A model generated the notes under the pieces. That model saw only the letters and a list, made by a program, of their open reading frames with translations, was not told the origin of the DNA and made no database searches. A program made the translations under genes and the position numbers. Positions 40,927 to 50,652 of a stretch of DNA of 64,000 bases are shown here, in pieces (the first letter of the stretch is position 1; each line of letters opens with the position of its first letter). The stretch is taken from positions 1,116,001 through 1,180,000 of the forward strand of contig CP128817.1 of the NCBI GenBank assembly GCA_051546255.1. Direction: 5' to 3'. This DNA comes from Meyerozyma guilliermondii. Lineage: Eukaryota.

Positions 40927-42177
40927 CTAAAACTTTTCCATCTCATTCAACACTAGAGCATTGAATGAGCCACTATTGTCTAAATAGAGATGATGTCCAC
41001 TGTTTTCCACTTCCACCACCTTGCTTCTAACCTCCCCTCGATAATTGTTGATAACGTCAGAACAAAGTTCCCCGCCATACTTGTCCATCCAGTCTTCCTT
41101 GCCATACACCCATAAAAGATCACAGTCCAACTTGTGGATTCCCCTGTCTACCAACGGATACCGGGCGTCTGCTCCCGGAGCAAGAAGGTAGTTGAGCATA
41201 TACTCACCAGAACCGGGACTTTGGAATATGCCGTAGGCATACTTATGAAGAAGCTTGGCTTCAGATCTTGGAAGATTTGCAAAACGCCGGGAAGACCACC
41301 CGCTCACAAGCTTTGAACCAAGAGGTCCAGCATTACGAACCAATGAAAAAGGTGAATAGTTTCGTTCCCACAACTTGGCAAAATAGCCAGGAACGGGAAC
41401 CTGTTTGCGATGCTTAATCACTGCGCCAGGCGAAACCATCAATAGTTTTTTGCAAAAATGAGGATCACGTAGTATGCCATAGGTAGCCATCAAGTAGGCG
41501 CCCATAGAATGAGCCATTACCATGGTCCTATTTTTCAAGTGGTGAAGACCTCGTAACTGAAGCCATTCGTCATGAGAATCGTGGAACCAGCCTTCAACGT
41601 GTTCTAGGTCCGACTTGGCTAGCTTGAAAGGTGGCCGTGACGAACACCCGTAACCTAGCAAATCCACAGCATGAATACACCAATCTTTCACGGTTGCAAG
41701 TTGCGAAAAATTGTTGAGAAAAAATCCCAAACCTCCACCATACCCATGGATCAAAATAAGGTGGTTGAGCGACAGTTCATCTTCAGTAGACTTGCCAGGT
41801 GGATATATAACAAACTCATTAATGAAATTTCCCGATTTGAGTTCGGTTGCAATAACTTTGCTGGTTCTTCCACTGGAATCGGCATCGGGATAAAACGGAA
41901 GAGTAGCCAACAAGTCATGCTGGAACTTGAGCGGAGTTTTCCGGTACTTGTAATCGGCAAACGACTCCGAAACGGAAAGCGGGAACGCATTAGAAAAAAG
42001 CTTGTTTAACGGAACCGAAGTCGGATGGGTGGACCGGCGGTATTTTGAAGAAATCAGCCGCGGAGCCGCTGAAACCGCTTTGGTACGTTTATGCGTTAAT
42101 GGAGTACAGCGTCGGCGAAGAAACTTTGAAGGAGAGACAGCAGAATACAGATGAAAAAATTTCGTTGTATGGGCCAT
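40927..42177 (-). CDS. CLD1: Alpha/beta hydrolase of the Cld1/Ecm18/Ict1 family (cardiolipin deacylase-like)
   Basis: HGYGGGLG, DLLGYG.SSRP, AHSMG (AxSxG lipase motif), HHLYLD (HX4D); basic N-terminus resembles a mitochondrial presequence. Confidence 0.7.
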   Translation of the reverse strand: MAHTTKFFHLYSAVSPSKFLRRRCTPLTHKRTKAVSAAPRLISSKYRRSTHPTSVPLNKLFSNAFPLSVSESFADYKYRKTPLKFQHDLLATLPFYPDADSSGRTSKVIATELKSGNFINEFVIYPPGKSTEDELSLNHLILIHGYGGGLGFFLNNFSQLATVKDWCIHAVDLLGYGCSSRPPFKLAKSDLEHVEGWFHDSHDEWLQLRGLHHLKNRTMVMAHSMGAYLMATYGILRDPHFCKKLLMVSPGAVIKHRKQVPVPGYFAKLWERNYSPFSLVRNAGPLGSKLVSGWSSRRFANLPRSEAKLLHKYAYGIFQSPGSGEYMLNYLLAPGADARYPLVDRGIHKLDCDLLWVYGKEDWMDKYGGELCSDVINNYRGEVRSKVVEVENSGHHLYLDNSGSFNALVLNEMEKF

Positions 42178-42544
42178 GAATCACTATGTGTAACTCAAAA
42201 TGAAAATGACGTAGATTGCTTACGTCAGCGACCCGCTGGCGCCGCGCGCAAATGGCTGCAAGTGAGACATAAACCTGACTTCAGATTGATAATTGATCAT
42301 TTATGACTCTGAAGCTAATTCGTAATATGAAGCAATAATTAAAGTAAGTTAAAGTCTAAAGACTGTTACAGTAAGGAATTTATTTACACTTGTTGTTTTA
42401 TGATTGATATCAATTTACAATCTACTTGAAGCTACGATGTTTAGGTTCTTGATTTTAGAGTCTTCAGAACTTTAATATCGGTTTATTTCAAATCATTGTT
42501 TCGATATAGATGTCTTTGATCTTATCGTCATTTACTGTACTTTT

Positions 42545-43822
42545 CTATACCAAAGACAACACTTTGTTGCCTCCATTTTCAAGTTTAACTCTGAGAATGG
42601 CTCCTGGTTTTTGTCTGGTGTCAACTCCGTTATTCCAGGCTGCCTGGTAATAAAGCTGGTTAATGTTGATATACAAATAACCATCGAATCCGATACAGAT
42701 GGTGTCGGGCCACAAGATACGAGGGTCTCTCACAAATGGCTCAGCAGCAAGACTGGTGGAGTTATAAACATAAATGGCGTTATGTTCTGGCATTGGCATG
42801 TAAATCAAATCATTGGTATCGCCTTCAAAGCCATTGGCCATTCCACCTCTTTGACCAAGATTGTTGACGTGGTTCTGCGCTCTTTGGTTGGCTAATGGAT
42901 CCTTCTTGGAGTTGGCTCTCAAGTACTTGGCAGGAATACTGTACAAGTAGCTACTGGTCATTGGCGAGTAGAACAAGGTTTCACCATCCACACTGAGCTG
43001 AATACCATCGATACCTTCGACTTGGAACCCTCTTGGTTGATGCTCAAAGTGCATGTAGAATGGCTTACCTTCGTAACTAGGAACGTTTTCTGGAACACGA
43101 AGTACAGAAGGGTGCTGATCAAGATGACGCCACGACTCTCCGGTACCCAAATCCAACATGATAATTCCGTTTCTTCCTTGGTCAGAAGAGTCCACCAAGT
43201 AAGCAATACCTTGACCACTTTCAGTGACATTCGCACGCTGGTCGATTCTGACATCGTTCAAGTATGAGTCGGGATAATGCACATCCAGCGGGAAGGTATA
43301 TGTGCGTTTGACAGTATTGTTGTTAATATCAAAAGCCATCAACTTGGGACCACCAGGCAACGCCAAAGCCGAAGTACCGTTGATAGTTGGACGTCCAGTG
43401 TCCAAGACCCAAAGGGTGTTATCTGGGGTGAAAATAAGTGCCTGAACACTGATGAAAGCAGTATCGTCCGTACTACCAAAGAGGGTTTCATCAACAACTT
43501 GAGAAAGTCCTTGTCTTGGCAGGTTCATTTCCTGGTTGGGCCATGGTTTCTCGGCAGTCTTGTTCACCACCTCACCGACAGTGTAGGTCAAATTTCCACG
43601 AGAGTAACAGACAAATGTTCTTCCTTCCTTTGAAACAGCCAATCCAATGGGCCATTGGTCATAATAGTAGTGAAACTCTTCCACTTCTGGTCCATAGACT
43701 CCAGTGTCATGTCTCAAAATAGAGCTGCTATTACCCCACGATGGAGCGGTTGCATGAGTTGGAGTGGAAGCAACCAAAAAGGTTGCTAGGGAGATCACTT
43801 GTATCAAAAAAGAAGATAACAT
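42545..43822 (-). CDS. Secreted Yellow/major royal jelly protein (MRJP) family beta-propeller
   Basis: Signal-peptide-like N-terminus from ATG 43822; P.GLAVS..GR.F, ISVQA....D.TLWVLDTG, GPKL..FD, SYLNDVRID, DGIQLS.DG.TLFY, DPRILWPD. Confidence 0.85.
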   Translation of the reverse strand: MLSSFLIQVISLATFLVASTPTHATAPSWGNSSSILRHDTGVYGPEVEEFHYYYDQWPIGLAVSKEGRTFVCYSRGNLTYTVGEVVNKTAEKPWPNQEMNLPRQGLSQVVDETLFGSTDDTAFISVQALIFTPDNTLWVLDTGRPTINGTSALALPGGPKLMAFDINNNTVKRTYTFPLDVHYPDSYLNDVRIDQRANVTESGQGIAYLVDSSDQGRNGIIMLDLGTGESWRHLDQHPSVLRVPENVPSYEGKPFYMHFEHQPRGFQVEGIDGIQLSVDGETLFYSPMTSSYLYSIPAKYLRANSKKDPLANQRAQNHVNNLGQRGGMANGFEGDTNDLIYMPMPEHNAIYVYNSTSLAAEPFVRDPRILWPDTICIGFDGYLYININQLYYQAAWNNGVDTRQKPGAILRVKLENGGNKVLSLV

Positions 43823-45550
43823 TTCCAGATACAATGGTTGCAAAAGGCCATATTCCTCATACTTATAAGTCGAGCAATTCGGGTAGCAACGGACGAAGAA
43901 AGTAAGGGCACGCGGTACAAATTGAAATTGGTTCTACCTGTTTCCTAAACCGGGTGAAGATCCCCCACTTTCGGTCGGACCCTTGCTTCACTCAGCCTCA
44001 TCCATGACGTGAGACTGCTTAAATGATGCAGATGGGATAAACCCGCGGAGCAACAACCAATTATACTTTCGCCAATAATGGAACCGCAAAACGACAGCTT
44101 CGAACCATAGAAACGGCAATATTACTACTTAACGATGTACCATCTATCTTGCAAATTCCCCCGCTTTCATGACCCTCATAGCAACATCGCAACAGCAAAT
44201 ATTACCTCGGTCTGTTAAGCCGCAGAAGCTAAGCGAACGTCCCTGCAGCAATTGCAGCCGGACCGAAACGGCGCGAATGCGATAAGGTTTCATTTCAAGC
44301 TTGGCACCGTTGGGGCTATGTTATGCATGCTTTTTTTAGTCAAACGGTTGTAATTAAAGACACAAAAGTGGCTCATTATTATTGTTTGGCATACAACGAA
44401 ATTTGAGAGAGGAGAATTACATTGTTACTGCAATTGATTTGTATTTCTTGGCACTTTTAATGGAGGTTATTGTTACCGAATGTCGGCAAATACCCAACTT
44501 GCCGACCGAGGCAGCCGAGATGAGTATGCTAAGCAATGACATAAGAGTGGCTTGAGTTTCGTACTGGCAACCGAACTGCAGCCCGTTGCAAGAGCCAAGT
44601 ACTAATTTCGCAGAAGCTACCTCAATGGCATTCATTTGCAATCAGATGTGATTTGAACAAAATACAAAGGTAGGTGTTAGCTTTGGGATGTCATGTGCAA
44701 ACCACGGCTAATTTGCAGCCGTTCAATTACAGTAACAAAAACTTGTGAAGGTTTCCTGGTCCAGCGGGTATGATACGGGGGCAAAGCTCGGCCAACTAGA
44801 GAACAGCCAAAAACTCATATTGACGAATTTTTGTCTGTCTGATTGATGGTAGCGTCGTGACCGCTGGACATACTTAAGGAATTATCTTCACATCCCAAGA
44901 AAATTAAACCAATAACATCAATCTTGAGTGAGGTAAAGCATCCCATCAATGTTGTAAGCGCTAATAATGCTAATCCAGTGCTTTACACTGACCCGCAAGA
45001 GTGAATTCCCCATGAGTTGCTGCTTGTTCATGAAGCAAAGTCAAACGAGAAGATAGTGATTTCCGTTTCAAAGGGGTGTTTCAATTTTTCGTTTTTTTTT
45101 CGGGCGACCACTTTACTAGGTAGCGTCTACTTGAGCCGACAAGAACTCCTCAAAACTCGAACACTCATAGCGCTACTTTGGTTTGTAGTTTCAACTATGG
45201 ATTGCGATGGTCTCATATGCTTATACTTACATGAGCCCGCTTTGAGATATTTATGGGCTTGCCAAATATGAGACCGTATGCTTTAACGAATCGTCCAAAA
45301 ATCCTTCTAATTAGAAGTGGGCCTGTGCTTTCGATAGGGTGGGCTTTTTCGTAAGCCTCTTTCATGTCAAACTTGAATTCAAGAAGATTCAAAAAGAGGT
45401 AATTGAAGCAATTGTGCGGCTAGCGCGGCTTATTCGTGAGCCTAGCTGTCACTATCGTGCAGGCTGGATCATTATTCCCCACCGGATTTGGAGACTTTTG
45501 AGAGGATATAATTACTGCGCTTCTTACTTGGAAACCCATTTACTTCAATG

Positions 45551-46158
45551 ATCAGATTGAAATACCGTAAAGCTCTCAAGTTGTGACACGTAATTCAATG
45601 CACGCTTCTGTGCTAAACCACGAGTCGCTGCCTCATAGGTGCAAATCACTACCAAAACGGAAATGAAATATGGGATGATTCACCTACTGCATGTGCCATT
45701 TTTTAAAAGGCGACCTTTATGACAATAAAATTCACCACGCAAATCTGATTGGTTTATCCAGAATGGCAAGCAATGATCGAAACACAACTAAGAAGCCACC
45801 TTCGAAATCACTAAACACTAACAACCCTTCTCTTTTAGTGATATCTGATTGATCAGACGACAGGCGCCCATCAAATTTTGGAGTTTTCATGCATACTCAT
45901 GCATGTTCATGCAGGGACTGCACATAACTTTAGTGACTCGCGCAAGTTTGTGGGCGCTGATTGGTGCAAACGCGCACAGACCCGACAACCGGCCCGGTTA
46001 TCTGATCAATCTAACAAATGAAGGCATTTTGTACGGCATATAGTGCGATTCCGGCATGAGACATGCGGCGCTAGTACATAATTAAATGCCGCATTGGTCA
46101 ATTCGTATGTCCAGGTGAAAAATTAAGCCGCTTAAGCGCCGATGCCATTTTATATAAA
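45551..46158. promoter_or_regulatory. Iron-regulatory promoter of FET3 (GATA and CCAAT sites, TATA)
   Basis: TTATCTGAT 45998-46006 (reverse complement ATCAGATAA); ATCAGAT/ATCTGAT at 45551, 45743, 45843; ATTGG at 45748, 45960, 46093; TATATAAA at 46151. Confidence 0.6.
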
Positions 46159-46388
46159 TTCGCTGGGTGAGCATATTTTTTTTCTTCTTTAGCTGATTCT
46201 ATTTGTACAATTTTGGAGAGCAGATTACTGGTTTAGCATCGCTATCTCGGTATCTGAAGGCACACACACAAGAAGGTTTACCCTACTAATAAGCTAGTGA
46301 ATTTTTTCACTGGTCTCACCAACCACACGTTAGCTTTTTTAACGAGCTACAAGACTGTTAATTTCCCATATTTATTGAACCCTGCAAA

Positions 46389-48248
46389 ATGAGAGCAGCG
46401 TTATGCCTCATGTGGGCTTTGACGTATTTGGTTACGTCAGCCCACGCCAAGACCCATACCTGGTGGTATGAATCTACCGAGGTTAAAGCGAATCCCGATG
46501 GTACCTATGAGCGTATTGTTCATGGTTTCAACAACACTTGGCCATTGCCCACTTTGAGAGTGAAGAAGGGTGACACTGTGAATTTTTATTTGATCAATGG
46601 TTTCGATGACAGAAACACCTCTTTGCATTTCCATGGTCTTTTCCAGCACGGAAGTAACCAGATGGATGGACCTCAATTTGTGACCCAATGTCCAATTCCT
46701 CCAGGTGAGACTATGTTGTACAACTTTACCGTTCCAGACCAGGTTGGTACCTACTGGTATCATTCGCATACTGGTGGACAATATATGGACGGTATGAGAG
46801 GTACATTTATCATTGAAGACGATGAGGAACCACCTTTCGAATATGATGAAGAAGTTGTGTTGGAACTATCCGAGTGGTACCACGAGCTGGTTGATGAAAT
46901 GCTTCCTAACTTTTTGAACAGATACAATCCTACTGGTGCTGAACCAATTCCTCAGAATCTCTTGTTTAACAACACGAGAAATAATACCTGGAATGTCGAA
47001 CCAGACAAGACATACTTTCTCAGAATTATTAATGTTGGAGGGTTTGTCTCGCAATACGTTTGGATGGAAGACCATGAATTCACCGTGGTTGAAGTCGACG
47101 GTATCTACGTCCAGCCCAATACCACTGACATGTTGTACATCACTGTGGCACAACGTTATGGTGTGTTAGTCAAGACCAAGAAGTCGACAGACAAAAACTA
47201 TGCGTTCATGACCAAATTCGATGATACCATGTTGGATGTGATTCCAAAGGATTTGTTGTTGAACTCCACCAATTACATTGTGTACAACGACTCGCTCGGT
47301 GTCAAAGATGTCAAGGAAAATTACGTTGACGCATTGGACCCAATGGATGATTTCTACTTGAGACCGCTCAACAACGAAACCTTGTTTGATGACGCTGATG
47401 TCACCATTACCGTTGACGTTGACATGATCAATTTAGGCAATGGTGTCAACTATGCTTTCTTCAACAATCTTACCTATACCACTCCAAAGGTGCCCACTAT
47501 TATCACCGCCATGACTGCAGGAAAAGACGCCAGTAACCCGTTGGTTTACGGAACAAACGTCAATTCGTTTGTGGTTGAAAAAGATGAGGTAGTTGACATT
47601 GTGGTTAACAATATTGATACTGGTAAGCATCCATTCCATTTGCATGGGCATGTCTTCCAATTGATTGAAAGATATAAGGAGGTTCCTGACGATCAGGATC
47701 CAGTTGCTTACGATCCTTCAAACCATGCTGACTTCCCCGAGTATCCTATGAGCAGAGACACCGTTTACGTCAATCCTCAATCTTATATTGTTATCAGATT
47801 TAAGGCTGACAACCCCGGTGTGTGGTTCTTCCATTGTCACATTGAATGGCATTTGGAGCAAGGATTGGCTCTTGTGTTGATTGAGGCGCCTACAGAAATG
47901 CAAAATGACCCTAATCAGGCTTTCACTGATGACTTTAAGAGAACTTGTACCAAGAATGGAATTCCTCTCGAAGGTAATGCTGCTGCAAACTCCAAAGATT
48001 ACTTGGATTTAACTGGTGAAAATGTCCAGCATGGTCCATTGCCTGCTGGCTTCACTGCCAGGGGTATTGTGGCTTTGGTGTTCTCGTGTATCGCTGCTGT
48101 GTTGGGATTGATTGCGATCACCATTTACGGTTTATCGGATATTAACAACATTGAGGAGAGAGTTGCCAGGGACTTGGATGTTGATATCGTCCCAGAAGAT
48201 GACGCTATTGAAGGCTCCTCCTCAGAAATAATTGAAACTTCAAAGTGA
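46389..48248 (+). CDS. FET3: Multicopper ferroxidase
   Basis: HFHG, WYHSH, HPFHLHGH, WFFHCHIEWH; Fe-binding contexts TGAEPIP, KFDDTMLD, NIDTGKH; signal peptide and C-terminal TM (GFTARGIVAL). Confidence 0.95.
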   Translation: MRAALCLMWALTYLVTSAHAKTHTWWYESTEVKANPDGTYERIVHGFNNTWPLPTLRVKKGDTVNFYLINGFDDRNTSLHFHGLFQHGSNQMDGPQFVTQCPIPPGETMLYNFTVPDQVGTYWYHSHTGGQYMDGMRGTFIIEDDEEPPFEYDEEVVLELSEWYHELVDEMLPNFLNRYNPTGAEPIPQNLLFNNTRNNTWNVEPDKTYFLRIINVGGFVSQYVWMEDHEFTVVEVDGIYVQPNTTDMLYITVAQRYGVLVKTKKSTDKNYAFMTKFDDTMLDVIPKDLLLNSTNYIVYNDSLGVKDVKENYVDALDPMDDFYLRPLNNETLFDDADVTITVDVDMINLGNGVNYAFFNNLTYTTPKVPTIITAMTAGKDASNPLVYGTNVNSFVVEKDEVVDIVVNNIDTGKHPFHLHGHVFQLIERYKEVPDDQDPVAYDPSNHADFPEYPMSRDTVYVNPQSYIVIRFKADNPGVWFFHCHIEWHLEQGLALVLIEAPTEMQNDPNQAFTDDFKRTCTKNGIPLEGNAAANSKDYLDLTGENVQHGPLPAGFTARGIVALVFSCIAAVLGLIAITIYGLSDINNIEERVARDLDVDIVPEDDAIEGSSSEIIETSK

Positions 48249-48555
48249 GTGCAAAAGCTGGTTTTTTCCCGGCATTGAATTCGAACCCTTGGATGATAGC
48301 GTATGAAAAAAAGTGTGTGTGTGAAATCTATTATCCTTGGTGGCTGTGAAAGTTCGAATCAGTGTCTAAAACCAGTGCTCCAGATTTATAAAAGAACGGC
48401 TCGGCTCTAGTTTGTTTTATTGTTTAAATGTATTACCCGTACATAACTACTGTAGGTTCACTGATCGTTGTCGCTGTCGATTGATACATTGTTCCTGTAT
48501 ATTGCACCCTAAATCTCAAAGTCAATTCCTGCATGATTTCTAGAACTGCCCGTTG

Positions 48556-50016
48556 ATGATAGAGTCGGTGTTTATCACGGACAGGGCCGGCAAGCTCGTA
48601 TTCCAGTATCTCCAGCTGCCTGCTTCGCAGAGCTTTCTGAGCTTGGCCAATATAATAGGTCAGAATCAGGATTCGGAGCCCATCGGAAGTCTGGAATCAT
48701 CGATATTGGAGCTCAACAGTGATTACAACTGTTGTTCAAAATGGAATAGCAGCACGTGTATTCGCCTCATATGCTCCAAGCGACCAGTATACAACCCGGC
48801 TATTCCATTCGAACTTCTAGACCGCATGTTCGAGGCGTTTGAAAGCTATTTGGGCTCGCCGTTAACGTCGACGAAAATCGAGGCAAGCACCGATTTGGTG
48901 ACGGTAATAACAAACGAGATGATCGAAAGCACTATCCCAGTTCAGACAGATATCAATATGCTACAGACGGTGGCAAGCTTGGAGAGTCTTTTTTCCAAGA
49001 TATTGTCGATTGGTAGCAGTTTGGCCAATGCGGCCATGCCATCGAAACCGACTCGAGGACCAATTAAGTCTGTGATTTCGGCACCAGAATCTCCAGCAAA
49101 TGAGGCCACGATTCCCTGGCGCAGGCCCAATGTTCGTCATACAAATAACCTGATGTACGTTGATGTTGACGAGAAAATCAATGTGATTCTCAAGGCAGTT
49201 CCACGAAAAGGCCGCAAGCTAGCGTCGCTGGCCAAGAGATTTGATTCTGCATTCTACTCAGCTACCCAGCTCGAGACCCTGAATATCTCGTTGGTTCCTG
49301 TTTCCGGCACAATTAGCGGCCTGTTACATTTCAATAGCCAGTTATCAGGCATTCCTCATATCCAATTATACCTCAGAGGAGCTCGAGACTTAGTTGACCT
49401 TCCCCAGTTTCACCGTTGCATCAAGTTGGACACCTGGGCCAGCTCCCCAGGCACGCTTTCTTTCATACCTCCAGATGGGCGCTCAACTCTTATGGACTAT
49501 ACAATAGACTTGGGAGACCATCCAGGCAATCTTGGCTTTATCAATATTGATTTTCAGCAGGGTTTAGGAACATATGAGGACGAATTTGAAATCAAACTCT
49601 ACTGCCACGAAGTTAAGGCGGTGGAAAACTTGATAGTGGAAGTGATTAGAGACGGACAAGATAATCGTGGATTCAGCTCCCATAGAATTACCCACGGAGA
49701 CTTTTCCAACAAGAATGACAACACCGGTGTGTGGAACATAAGAAGTCTCAATGCTGGTGTTCCATGCATATTCAGAGGCTCTATTGGTAAGCGTAATCCC
49801 GATGAGGATAATGAAGAAACCAAGTCTGAAAAACCACCCACGTTTCCCGTATACTTGAAACTTTCTTACACTGCCAAGGGTGCGGTTCCCAGTGGACTCA
49901 AGGTTGAATCACTCAAAATAGTCAGTTCAAAGGGATTGAGCGATAGTGTCAAACCATACAAAGGTGTCAAGTATATTACCAGTACAGGTGACTATATCGT
50001 ACGAACTCATCGCTGA
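48556..50016 (+). CDS. APM3: AP-3 adaptor complex medium (mu) subunit
   Basis: Longin N-terminus, IPWRR.NVRHTNN.MYVDV.E, FHRCI, LSFIPPDG...LM.Y, SGLKV..L, KPYKGVKYIT. Confidence 0.88.
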   Translation: MIESVFITDRAGKLVFQYLQLPASQSFLSLANIIGQNQDSEPIGSLESSILELNSDYNCCSKWNSSTCIRLICSKRPVYNPAIPFELLDRMFEAFESYLGSPLTSTKIEASTDLVTVITNEMIESTIPVQTDINMLQTVASLESLFSKILSIGSSLANAAMPSKPTRGPIKSVISAPESPANEATIPWRRPNVRHTNNLMYVDVDEKINVILKAVPRKGRKLASLAKRFDSAFYSATQLETLNISLVPVSGTISGLLHFNSQLSGIPHIQLYLRGARDLVDLPQFHRCIKLDTWASSPGTLSFIPPDGRSTLMDYTIDLGDHPGNLGFINIDFQQGLGTYEDEFEIKLYCHEVKAVENLIVEVIRDGQDNRGFSSHRITHGDFSNKNDNTGVWNIRSLNAGVPCIFRGSIGKRNPDEDNEETKSEKPPTFPVYLKLSYTAKGAVPSGLKVESLKIVSSKGLSDSVKPYKGVKYITSTGDYIVRTHR

Positions 50017-50124
50017 CTCGTTTACAACATATGACGGCGTTGCGGGCTGATACCTCGTCGCATTTCAAGTCGGACAGCTTGCTGTCTCTCTCCTTCTGTT
50101 AATACTTATATTACAATACACAAT

Positions 50125-50429
50125 TCAGTTAGTTTTCTTACTTTTGGCTTTCTTCGATTTTTTGACAAGAACACTGCCGATGAACGTTCCCACAGCGGTT
50201 CCAGCCAACACTAAAAGAATCAATGGCAATTTAATGGCAAAATCTCTGGGCAAAAAGAAACTTTGTAACACGTTAGATTCATCCACGAAAGGAAGAACAA
50301 ATACCCAAATGGTGTAGTATGCAAATACTGCTGTTGCCACTGCAAGCATAGCCAAACCAACCAACTTGTCAAAAATTTGCTGCATTAATATATGAGGGTA
50401 AGCTTATGTTTGGTATCGATACTTACCAT
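50125..50429 (-). CDS. DPM2: Dolichol-phosphate mannose synthase regulatory subunit; ATG-only exon 1 (50429-50427) plus exon 2 (50379-50125)
   Basis: DKLVGLAML..A..VF.YYT.W..VLPFVD......FFLPR..AI.LP motif; upstream ATG directly followed by GTAAGT, then TATTAAT..CAG (47-nt intron) in frame. Confidence 0.85.
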
Positions 50430-50652
50430 CTTTGATTTCTCCGCTGGCAGGATTCGTGTTGTTTGTTCGATTATGTAAGCGCTCGTAGAGGCTGGGGTAG
50501 ACTTTTGAAGATCAGGAAAGTTAAAGAACAGCTCAAATAACTTTTACAAATAATCAGCATATACTTCTGATTATTGTTGTTTGCATACTAGACTCATAGG
50601 TCATATTCTGCACACGACTGACCTTAGTTGTAATAGCAGAATTTAGGTGGGA

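Noticed and set aside
44417..46043. Small ORFs in the MRJP-FET3 spacer, or a centromere/LTR/telomerase RNA there
   Set aside because: ORFs are under 90 aa, lack ATG starts or recognisable motifs; I saw no terminal repeats, TG..CA LTR ends or template sequence.
46389..48248. FET3 as a pigment laccase
   Set aside because: Fet3-type iron-binding acidic motifs and the C-terminal membrane anchor are retained.
48260..48365. Possible tRNA gene
   Set aside because: Only T-loop-like words; no acceptor, D or anticodon stems, and an internal poly-T/A run.
50475..50627. Possible 5'-UTR intron of SRO77 (GTAAGC..GACTGAC..TAG)
   Set aside because: Weak signals and donor only about 45 bp from the divergent DPM2 ATG; unsupported without reads.
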